In this document: positions 8,229-14,928 of the stretch, in pieces
Numbering within the stretch: the first letter of the stretch is position 1
Layout: each line of letters opens with the position of its first letter
Assembly (NCBI GenBank): GCA_018303825.1
Contig: JAGVXK010000001.1
Location: forward strand, 1 to 18,556
Reading direction: 5' to 3'
From: Candidatus Pacearchaeota archaeon
GTDB lineage: Archaea > Nanobdellota > Nanobdellia > Pacearchaeales > GW2011-AR1
Length of the DNA: 18,556 nucleotides
Notes under the pieces: generated by a model
Seen by the model: only the letters and a program-made list of their open reading frames with translations
The model's database searches: none
Told to the model about the DNA's origin: nothing
Translations under genes and position numbers: made by a program

Positions 8229-8750
8229 TTATGTTACCTTGCTTTCAAATCCGAGAAGCTTAGAGCTTATCAGCTCAAGCTTTTCTGTCAATCTAGAGAG
8301 TTTGTATTCCATGTCTTCTAGTTTAAGCTTCAATTCGTTCAAACTATTAGATGAAAGATTATTATCCGAAACACCGGTAGGCTGATTGTAATATGAACTT
8401 GTTGCGCTATTGTTGTTATAATAACTTGTCTCATTATTTGTAGATGTTGCTGATACTGATTGTGTGGTGTTTGCTGTCTGTGATGGGGATTGTCCAGGAA
8501 GGTCATTCCAGAAACTATTGAAGCTTGGAGTCTGTTGTGACGAAGAACCAGATGCAGTATTAGAAGAACCATAACCACCATATGAACTGACACCAGACGA
8601 TGCATTGGATAATTCAGGATTTCCAGCATTCATTGCACCAATATCCAGATAACCATCTTTAGTAATATTGGCTTTGCCGAGGTCTTTTGTTTTTATCAAT
8701 CCTCTTTTTTTCAGAGCAGTATAATCAATTAAATCAGGAGCATCACCCAT
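8229..8750 (-). CDS. Hypothetical protein with Ser/Thr/Asn-rich disordered middle and C-terminal coiled coil
   Basis: 173-aa ORF. Low-complexity centre, heptad pattern LKLKLEDMEYKLSRLTEKLELISSKL, TATA-like TTTAAATA upstream. Confidence 0.8.
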   Translation of the reverse strand: MGDAPDLIDYTALKKRGLIKTKDLGKANITKDGYLDIGAMNAGNPELSNASSGVSSYGGYGSSNTASGSSSQQTPSFNSFWNDLPGQSPSQTANTTQSVSATSTNNETSYYNNNSATSSYYNQPTGVSDNNLSSNSLNELKLKLEDMEYKLSRLTEKLELISSKLLGFESKVT

Positions 8751-8789
8751 TGCATATTTAATGAAGGGTTTTATTTAAATTGTTTGTTT

Positions 8790-9233
8790 TTATCTGCGCC
8801 CTTTTATCAACTCCTTATAAGTTCTGTCAAGGAACTCCAAAACTTTCTCACAATATTCCTTATCGAGAATCTTGCCGTAATAAATAACTCCGTTTCTTAA
8901 ATATCTCAGCTCATTCATAAAACCAATATCGTTTTCAGAAAAATTAAGTTCTATGAGAAAAGATAATTCTGCTTCGTGGGCAAAAGAACCAGAAGAATAA
9001 TATCCTTTGTTTAACAATTTCGCTCTTATCAAGGACATAAGTATATCATAACATTCTTTTACAATAGAATTTGCATTCAAATCGTCAACATTTTCCCTCT
9101 TAAGTCTGTTATCTAATGCCTTCTTTGCTCTTGCAGATTCCTCTTCTAAAAATTTAGCTCTTTCGGTATCAGGCGTTATTTTCCTGATTATCCTGCTTTT
9201 AAGGTAATAATCGAAATCCTTAGGCAGTTTCAT
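8790..9233 (-). CDS. HEPN-like domain protein (putative toxin partner)
   Basis: All-helical pattern, CYDILMSLIRAKL...GY, and LRYLRNGVIYYG at the HEPN motif position. Overlaps the MNT gene by 4 nt. Confidence 0.7.
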   Translation of the reverse strand: MKLPKDFDYYLKSRIIRKITPDTERAKFLEEESARAKKALDNRLKRENVDDLNANSIVKECYDILMSLIRAKLLNKGYYSSGSFAHEAELSFLIELNFSENDIGFMNELRYLRNGVIYYGKILDKEYCEKVLEFLDRTYKELIKGRR

Positions 9234-9772
9234 ATGCTTACGCTCCCCGAGAGAATTATCCCATTGAGCATATTATTTCTTAGATGTTTATTTATTTCTC
9301 TGAAAGAGACATAGAAATTAACAATTATGTTCTTCCCGAGCATCTTCTCATATTCTTTTAAATTAATCTCTTTATCCTTTGTTCCTACTATTGCGATGTC
9401 TATATCAGAACTATGAATATCTTCTCCCCTAGAATAACTTCCAAATAAGATTGCTGTACATCCGGGAAATTTATCTCTTAAAAAATGTGCAAGGCCCGAT
9501 TCATAAAGCATCTTTAAATTTTCAACTCTTTTTAGACTGATAACCGCTTCATTATCCAAATCCAACTCAATTGAAAATGCGTTCTCCTTATCTCTATTCA
9601 CGCTGATTATCTCTTCTTTTTCCAAATCTTTCAAAGATTTTGAGACAGCAGTCGGTGATTTCTTGAGTTTTTTAGCTATTTCTCTGCCAGTCGCGCTCTT
9701 TCCGGCGATAATACAGAGAAATCTAAATATCTCAACCTGGAGTCTTGTCCATTTTAGTTTATATATATCCAT
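9230..9772 (-). CDS. HTH - minimal nucleotidyltransferase (MNT) fusion, putative antitoxin/regulator
   Basis: N-terminal wHTH (ATGREIAKKLKKSPTAVSKSLKDLEKEEII) and MNT motif LFGSYSRGEDIHSSDIDIAIV. Confidence 0.88.
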   Translation of the reverse strand: MDIYKLKWTRLQVEIFRFLCIIAGKSATGREIAKKLKKSPTAVSKSLKDLEKEEIISVNRDKENAFSIELDLDNEAVISLKRVENLKMLYESGLAHFLRDKFPGCTAILFGSYSRGEDIHSSDIDIAIVGTKDKEINLKEYEKMLGKNIIVNFYVSFREINKHLRNNMLNGIILSGSVSI

Positions 9773-9803
9773 CCTAGTTTATACGTGTAAACTTTAGTTT
9801 ATA
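9755..9803. promoter_or_regulatory. Putative promoter/operator array of the HTH-MNT/HEPN operon
   Basis: TAGTTTATA occurs three times at exact 20-bp spacing (9755, 9775, 9795). An 18-bp near-perfect palindrome AGTTTATAC-GTGTAAACT lies at 9776-9793. Confidence 0.65.
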
Positions 9804-9879
9804 TAACTTTCGCTTTGACGTATAGAGAAGTTTTAAATAAAGCATTTTCTATTGAATATAAACTACAGAGATAAAAAAG

Positions 9880-11475
9880 ATGGCAGTAAACATACATAAG
9901 CTGATAGCAGCGATAAACCCTGACCTGTACTGTGATAATGAGGTTGACGAAATGGGAGTGAGCGCAAAGGAAAAAGTGGAAAAGATGCTTGAAGAGGAAA
10001 GGAAAGCTGGAAACAAGCATCCTTATCTTGCCGCGGCCAAGGAAGCAAAATTGAGAGTAGGAGAGTGGATGGACATAAAGGAGATTGACATTGACCGAAA
10101 CACCATGGATTATAAAAAGATATTTGCAAATGGGGTTGAGAAACACCTTCTTGTCTATGATGCCTTCGGAGAGTCCCTTGAGCCGATATATTTCTGGCTC
10201 CTTGATTTGATGAACTCGTTCTTTAAAGGAAGCACTGAAAAGATTGTGGATAACTTTTCTTCCTCTGTTTCGTCTAGTTTCTTCGCTGAAATGGGGCAGA
10301 GGGCAACAAGAATGCAGGAAGAATCCATGAAAATTCTTGGAACATTAAATACAGTAATTAAATCTGTACTGAATATATTATATGACTTAAAAGAGTTCAG
10401 GATAAGGCTTGAAACATATGTTGAATCTCACTCTCAAGATAATGCAAAAAGGAATGCCGCTTTTCTTGCACTAAAGCAGATATGGCTTGACCAGGTTGAT
10501 ATGAAAAAGGGAACAACTGCCATAAAGGCGATGGCGCAGCAATTTGATTATGTAACACTTATAGATGCATTTATGGCTACTTCATCTTTGAATGATATCA
10601 CAAAACCAGTCGAGCAGGGGGGTTTGGATTTAAATGAAAGAGTTAAGAGATTGCTACAGCAGAGATATGGAGAATTTGAGAGATGGCTTTCCGAAAGCGA
10701 AAAAGAACTGACAAAAAGATTTGAGATTGAGAAAAATTATCTAAAGGGGCAAATGGCTTCTCTTAGAATGTATTCAAAGTGGATAAAACCATACCTGAAG
10801 GCTGCTGCTCAATTGGAAAATAATGAGATGAGCAGCTCTGCCCTTGTAAGCGCATTCAATACTTTAATTTTAGAGCTCGCAGTTTTGGGAAAGGGAGAGT
10901 ATAAGCCAATTGATGATGTAAAAACAGGAGATCTGCCGACAATTTATAAAAAATTAGTTGAAAATGGAAGGATAAGAAAATATTCTCCTGTAATGATAAC
11001 TGAATTCAGATTCAGAAGCGCTCCTGAAAGAATGCAGCAGGGAGGATATGGATTCAGAGGGAGAGCTGAAGTTGAGTTTACCAGTTATGCATTGACAGAT
11101 GATGAGATGAAAATTATTAAAGCAGAGCTGGAGGAAGATGAACTTGGAGACACTCTTAAATTAATACAGGAATCAACTCAGGAAAGCATAGAAGCCATTG
11201 AAAAAGACATCAAAGAGTTTCTTGAAGACAAAAAATCTGAAATTAAGAAGGATGAAGAGAAAATAGATGAGGAAGATTCAAATCCATTCTCATCATTATT
11301 CTCTTTCCTAAAAAGCGACAAGAGCAAGAAATCAGCTGTTTCAGTAGAAAAGAAAGAAACTGACTTTGAGATGGTAGTTAGAGCAAATGCACTTATCTCA
11401 GCAAGAAAGATATGCAGGAAGATATATGATATCTACAAGAAGGCGCACAGCATGCCTACCTTCCCGGGAAGCTAA
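9880..11475 (+). CDS. Large hypothetical protein, predicted helical/coiled-coil
   Basis: 531-aa ORF with host-like composition and an acidic stretch near the C-terminus. No Walker or other motif recognised. Confidence 0.85.
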   Translation: MAVNIHKLIAAINPDLYCDNEVDEMGVSAKEKVEKMLEEERKAGNKHPYLAAAKEAKLRVGEWMDIKEIDIDRNTMDYKKIFANGVEKHLLVYDAFGESLEPIYFWLLDLMNSFFKGSTEKIVDNFSSSVSSSFFAEMGQRATRMQEESMKILGTLNTVIKSVLNILYDLKEFRIRLETYVESHSQDNAKRNAAFLALKQIWLDQVDMKKGTTAIKAMAQQFDYVTLIDAFMATSSLNDITKPVEQGGLDLNERVKRLLQQRYGEFERWLSESEKELTKRFEIEKNYLKGQMASLRMYSKWIKPYLKAAAQLENNEMSSSALVSAFNTLILELAVLGKGEYKPIDDVKTGDLPTIYKKLVENGRIRKYSPVMITEFRFRSAPERMQQGGYGFRGRAEVEFTSYALTDDEMKIIKAELEEDELGDTLKLIQESTQESIEAIEKDIKEFLEDKKSEIKKDEEKIDEEDSNPFSSLFSFLKSDKSKKSAVSVEKKETDFEMVVRANALISARKICRKIYDIYKKAHSMPTFPGS

Positions 11476-11539
11476 TTCTATTCCTACCGGTAGAACTGAA
11501 AATCATATCATTTATATATTTGAACTGCTAATGACAAAT

Positions 11540-12082
11540 ATGGCTAGACCTAAGAAGCAAAAGATAAAGATTGTTGAATCAAAGATAAAAAGTATTGAGC
11601 AAACTGGGAAACCTGTTGGGCAAACATTGGAAAAAGAGCTGGAGCAGGAATCAAAGGAGCAATTTCATGAATTTATCTCAACAGGGAAGATGAAAGCTCC
11701 TGTTCTGGAGACTGGACAAAACGTTCAAAACATTGAAACACCAACAGAACAAAAACAAACAGCAAATACAACTGAAACTGGAAGGGGGGCGCAGATAAAC
11801 CCTGAATTCTCTGTTTATGAAATGGCAAGGACTGTCGGGAGAACAGAAACAAGAGCATCAAGGGCGAAATATGAAGCAATGACACATGGGGGAGACCCTG
11901 TTATGATGAAAACCATTAACGCACAAAGACCAAATGAAACAGCAACCATTATGAATGACAGGAGAGCAGGGTTTGTCAATCCAGAATTAGAGAGGTTAAA
12001 TGCTGGAAGGGAAGACTATTATGGAGTTAAGATAGAGAAAGAAGAGAAGAAGAAAGACACCAGAATGCCCTGGGAAACATGA
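11540..12082 (+). CDS. Hypothetical hydrophilic protein
   Basis: ORF track gives 11387-12082, but that overlaps the upstream gene. TTTATATA at about 11511-11518 supports a start at ATG 11540 (or 11531). The stop codon overlaps the left TSD. Confidence 0.7.
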   Translation: MARPKKQKIKIVESKIKSIEQTGKPVGQTLEKELEQESKEQFHEFISTGKMKAPVLETGQNVQNIETPTEQKQTANTTETGRGAQINPEFSVYEMARTVGRTETRASRAKYEAMTHGGDPVMMKTINAQRPNETATIMNDRRAGFVNPELERLNAGREDYYGVKIEKEEKKKDTRMPWET

Positions 12083-12126
12083 TAAAAGGTGAGCTGTAAA
12101 GTAAACGGCACCTATTCTAACCAAAG

Positions 12127-12183
12127 TTACTCAAATTTTATCTTGTCCCAGATCGCATCAATAATCTTTCTTTTGATTAATCG
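12127..12183 (-). pseudogene. 3' remnant of an unidentified gene (RLIKRKIIDAIWDKIKFE*)
   Basis: Conserved at protein level with the copy at 8068-8109 (mostly synonymous or conservative changes). The 5' part is missing at the IS200 junction. Confidence 0.6.
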
Positions 12184-12725
12184 TTATACCCTATGGTCTT
12201 GCCATAGGGTGAGAGCCAATAACTATTAAACCTAAAAATATGTTGGCTTATCTATGGATGAACTTGAAAAATCAGCACATAAGATTTTCAAATTGAAATA
12301 TCACTTTGTCTTTTGTGTAAAATATAGAAAAGATATGTTTCTCGATAAAGATTACTGTGAAACCTTTACATATACTTGTAAACAAATGGAAGAAAGATAT
12401 TCGATGAAATTCGAAACGATTGGTTTTGATGAAAATCATGTTCACTTTATGCTAAAATCTTTGGCAAAATATTCTCCATCTCAACTTTTTAGAATCGTGA
12501 AAAGTGTTACAGCATTAAGAATGTTCAAAACTTATCCCAAGATAAAAGATGAATTATGGGGTGGAGAATTTTGGAGTGATGGCGGATATGTTGGTACGGT
12601 TGGTGAAGGAGTTAATGCGGACATCATTAGAGATTACATTAAAAAACAAGGTAGAAAAGGAGAACAGCTTAAGCTGTTCGAATTCATCTAAAGATGCCAC
12701 GAGGTCTTGCCTCGTGGAGCTTCAC
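12184..12725 (+). mobile_element. IS200-type insertion sequence (tnpA only), nested in the larger element
   Basis: Left hairpin ACCCTATGG-TCTTG-CCATAGGGT (12188-12210) and right hairpin CCACGAGG-TCTTG-CCTCGTGG (12697-12717), ending in TCAC (12722-12725). The left boundary is approximate. Confidence 0.9.
12254..12691 (+). CDS. tnpA: IS200/IS605 family Y1 (HUH) transposase
   Basis: YHFVFCVKYRK, HUH motif ENHVHF, FWSDGGYVGTVG, and catalytic Tyr in DYIKKQ. Confidence 0.96.
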   Translation: MDELEKSAHKIFKLKYHFVFCVKYRKDMFLDKDYCETFTYTCKQMEERYSMKFETIGFDENHVHFMLKSLAKYSPSQLFRIVKSVTALRMFKTYPKIKDELWGGEFWSDGGYVGTVGEGVNADIIRDYIKKQGRKGEQLKLFEFI

Positions 12726-12772
12726 TTATTTCGTTTTGAAAGTTCGCTTTTTAAAAATGAGAGGATTTCTAA

Positions 12773-13603
12773 TTATTTTTGCACGGTGCCTTCGGCACTT
12801 TTAACAACTACCCGACCAACCTCGTCGGAGCCCAGAGGATCCCCAATGTGGCCAGCACCGAGGAGCCCGTAGACACCCAGCCTCGAAAATCTTTTACTTC
12901 CAGAAACTCCGTAAAAATGTTTACCTTGTCCTCTAACTGGAAAAGCAGTAGTTGGATCTAATTTTGAGAAGTCATATCCTTCTTGTGCTTCCTTTGCTGT
13001 AATCTCAATAGGCCTAACAGCATCTTTAACGGTTGGATTTAGTCTGAATGAATAACTGCTAACTTTTCCGAATGGAGAATTATCTCCTTCAAGTCTAACA
13101 GGAACTATTGCTCTATAAGGAACTGAAACAATTGCTTTAGAACCATGCATAGCATCAATCTCTCTGTTCAGCTCCTCTTCCCAAGGCATTAACTTGTCCT
13201 GAGTTGCATATGGATTTCTTATAAAAGAGACATCAAACCAGAACCTTCCATTGAAAAATCCTTTCTTTCCTTCAGCTAATCTTCTAACTTCATCATTATA
13301 AATTCTAGCATGATCTCTTTCGTCGCATAACTGAATTCCCAAATCTTCCAGATCAACTAAGTTTAAACCAGCTAGGACAGGCAAATTTGATTCAACAAGT
13401 TCCTTCCCTTTATCAGTGTTTGCTATTCTAAGAGTGCCTTCTAATCCAGGAAAACCCTGAAACTGTTCTCTAAATTTTCTTGTTGCTCTTTCTAGGACTT
13501 CGTCTGCTAAATCGCCAGAAATAACATTATAGTCCATCCTCATTTCTCTAACTGGAATAGTTTCAACAAATCCTTCAAATTGCAGTTGTTTTTCATTAAA
13601 CAT
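12773..13603 (-). CDS. Putative DGR variable (target) protein, DPANN-type with C-terminal CLec-like variable region
   Basis: C-terminus SRL...S...GRVVV.SAEG matches the architecture I recognise in Pacearchaeota DGR targets. The last ~25 variable codons are strongly A-depleted and GC-rich. TATTTAAA (minus-strand TTTAAATA) at 13625-13632. Confidence 0.75.
   Translation of the reverse strand: MFNEKQLQFEGFVETIPVREMRMDYNVISGDLADEVLERATRKFREQFQGFPGLEGTLRIANTDKGKELVESNLPVLAGLNLVDLEDLGIQLCDERDHARIYNDEVRRLAEGKKGFFNGRFWFDVSFIRNPYATQDKLMPWEEELNREIDAMHGSKAIVSVPYRAIVPVRLEGDNSPFGKVSSYSFRLNPTVKDAVRPIEITAKEAQEGYDFSKLDPTTAFPVRGQGKHFYGVSGSKRFSRLGVYGLLGAGHIGDPLGSDEVGRVVVKSAEGTVQK
12786..12798 (-). other. GC-rich hairpin 3' of the VR (candidate DGR homing stem-loop)
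   Basis: Coding strand GTGCC-GAA-GGCAC: 5-bp stem with GAA loop, 13 nt after the VR core. Confidence 0.6.
12812..12886 (-). other. Putative DGR variable region (VR)
   Basis: 75 nt on the coding strand with only 7 adenines and 50 G+C (67%) in an otherwise AT-rich gene. Codons such as GGT, TAC, CTC, GGC, CAC, ATT, CCT, GAC and GTT are all derivable from AAY by changes at A only. Confidence 0.72.
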
Positions 13604-13685
13604 ACTTTTTCTAAAAATAAAGGATATTTAAAGCTTTCTATTTGTTACTATAGGATAGTTACTACAACGGAGAGATAGTTATTCT

Positions 13686-13720
13686 TTCATGTACCGAAAG
13701 ATATATAAGTGTCATGTACC
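13686..13720 (+). promoter_or_regulatory. Transposase promoter with CATGTACC boxes flanking the TATA box
   Basis: CATGTACC at 13688-13695 and 13713-13720 around ATATATAAG (13701-13709). Bases 13686-13710 match the reverse complement of 14777-14801 at 22/25. Confidence 0.65.
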
Positions 13721-13730
13721 TGAATACAGT

Positions 13731-14597
13731 ATGGTGAGCGTTATTATTTGTAAGCATTGTAAGTCAAACAATAATTACAAAAAAGGGTTTAGGAGAACAG
13801 AATTCAGAGGGAAGATACAGAAATATTATTGTAAAACTTGCCATAAATTCTTTACAAATGATGATGGATTTTATAGAATGAGAAACAATCCCGGCATTAT
13901 AACTATGTCGATTGATATGTATGTGTCTAATTTATCTTCTAGGAAAATGAGAAATCAATTAAAAAGACATCTTAATTATAAGATAAGTCATATTTCTATA
14001 TTGGATTGGGTAAGGAGATATGCTTTAAGAGTTAGCAGATTTGTTGAAAGATTAGGTTATAACTTGGGAGAAAGTTTTTATGCAGATGAAACAGTTATAT
14101 TCAGAGAAGGAAAACAAGATAAGTTTTGGTGTTGTTTAGATTGGGATACAAGATTAATAACTGGATTTCACTATTCTTTATCGGCTAACCCAACACAAGC
14201 ACAAGAGTTTTTGAAAAAAGCAATAAGCAAAGGAAAACCAAAATATATTCAAACAGACGCAGGAGTATTTTATCCGAGAGCTTTCAAAAAGCTCTTTTAT
14301 TCTAATAAACTAAGCGGTCTGACAATAGAACATAAGATACAAAACTACCAAACAACACATATTCACAATTATAGAATTGAAACTGTCTTTATGAAAATCA
14401 AAGACAGAGTTCTTGATTTTAGAGGACTAAAAGCTTTATGGTCTGCCCCTATTTTGATGACTGCAATAGTTATCCAGCATAACTTTATAGAAAATCATTC
14501 AACAACAGATGAAGTTCCTTGTGATAGCGCAAATGCAGACTTAAATTTAAGCGAGAATAGATGGCTAGATTTAATTCATTTATCAGCCAACAAATGA
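13731..14597 (+). CDS. IS6-like DDE transposase with N-terminal zinc ribbon
   Basis: CKHC...CKTC zinc ribbon, HTH (SSRKMRNQLKRHLNYKISHISILDWVRRY), and DDE triad in YADET, IQTDA and RIETVF. Start moved from 13689 to ATG 13731 because the upstream ATG lies before the TATA box. Confidence 0.88.
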   Translation: MVSVIICKHCKSNNNYKKGFRRTEFRGKIQKYYCKTCHKFFTNDDGFYRMRNNPGIITMSIDMYVSNLSSRKMRNQLKRHLNYKISHISILDWVRRYALRVSRFVERLGYNLGESFYADETVIFREGKQDKFWCCLDWDTRLITGFHYSLSANPTQAQEFLKKAISKGKPKYIQTDAGVFYPRAFKKLFYSNKLSGLTIEHKIQNYQTTHIHNYRIETVFMKIKDRVLDFRGLKALWSAPILMTAIVIQHNFIENHSTTDEVPCDSANADLNLSENRWLDLIHLSANK

Positions 14598-14756
14598 TTA
14601 TTCTTTTTCGATAATTATCTTATCTTTTTCTAACTTTGCTTTGAGATCCTTTCCTAAAAGCTTTGATTCCTGGACAATATTTTTAGGTAGAATGACGATG
14701 TATCTTGTGTACTTCTTATCTCCAATCTTTTTATCTAACACCTCTCTTATTTTCAT
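14598..14756 (-). CDS. AbrB/MazE/SpoVT-like small DNA-binding protein
   Basis: 52 aa, MKIREV...KYTRYIVILPKNIVQESKL.GKDL...EKDKIIIEKE, fitting the swapped-hairpin pattern. Its stop directly abuts the transposase stop (TGA|TTA). Confidence 0.75.
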   Translation of the reverse strand: MKIREVLDKKIGDKKYTRYIVILPKNIVQESKLLGKDLKAKLEKDKIIIEKE

Positions 14757-14776
14757 AACTTGAATAAGAAAGTTAA

Positions 14777-14801
14777 ACTTATAAATATGTCGGTACATGA
14801 A
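14777..14801 (-). promoter_or_regulatory. Promoter of the AbrB-like gene, mirror copy of the transposase promoter
   Basis: Minus strand TTCATGTACCGACATATTTATAAGT: CATGTACC box then TTTATAA, about 22-30 nt before ATG 14756. Confidence 0.65.
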
Positions 14802-14928
14802 GCAAAAATCTTGAAAAATAGGTAACGCTAACTTAACAGCTCATAAAAGGTTAGTTTTAAATAAAGTCTTTGATTAGATAAGATAGGCAAGTTGATAAGG
14901 ATAAAAAAGAGGGGTAAACAAGATAAAA

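Larger units (their letters stand above)
12091..14842. mobile_element. 2752-bp cargo-carrying transposon with IS6-like DDE transposase
   Basis: Terminal IRs GAGCTGTAAAGTAAACGGCACCTATT (12091-12116) and GAGCTGTTAAGTTAGCGTTACCTATT (reverse complement of 14817-14842), 21/26 match. Identical 9-bp flanks ATAAAAGGT at 12082-12090 and 14843-14851. Intact DDE transposase inside. Confidence 0.85.

Noticed and set aside
8380-8620. Asn/Ser-rich codons as a DGR template repeat or tandem repeat array
   Set aside because: This is ordinary low-complexity coding sequence of the 173-aa protein, with no periodic unit and no VR match.
11387-11539. Long N-terminal extension of the 231-aa ORF
   Set aside because: It overlaps the upstream gene, and a TATA box at about 11511 supports a later start.
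13686-14801. 25-bp inverted repeat as the termini of a 1.1-kb IS
   Set aside because: No TSD flanks it, each arm is positioned as a promoter, and a better IR pair with a perfect 9-bp TSD lies outside (12091/14842).
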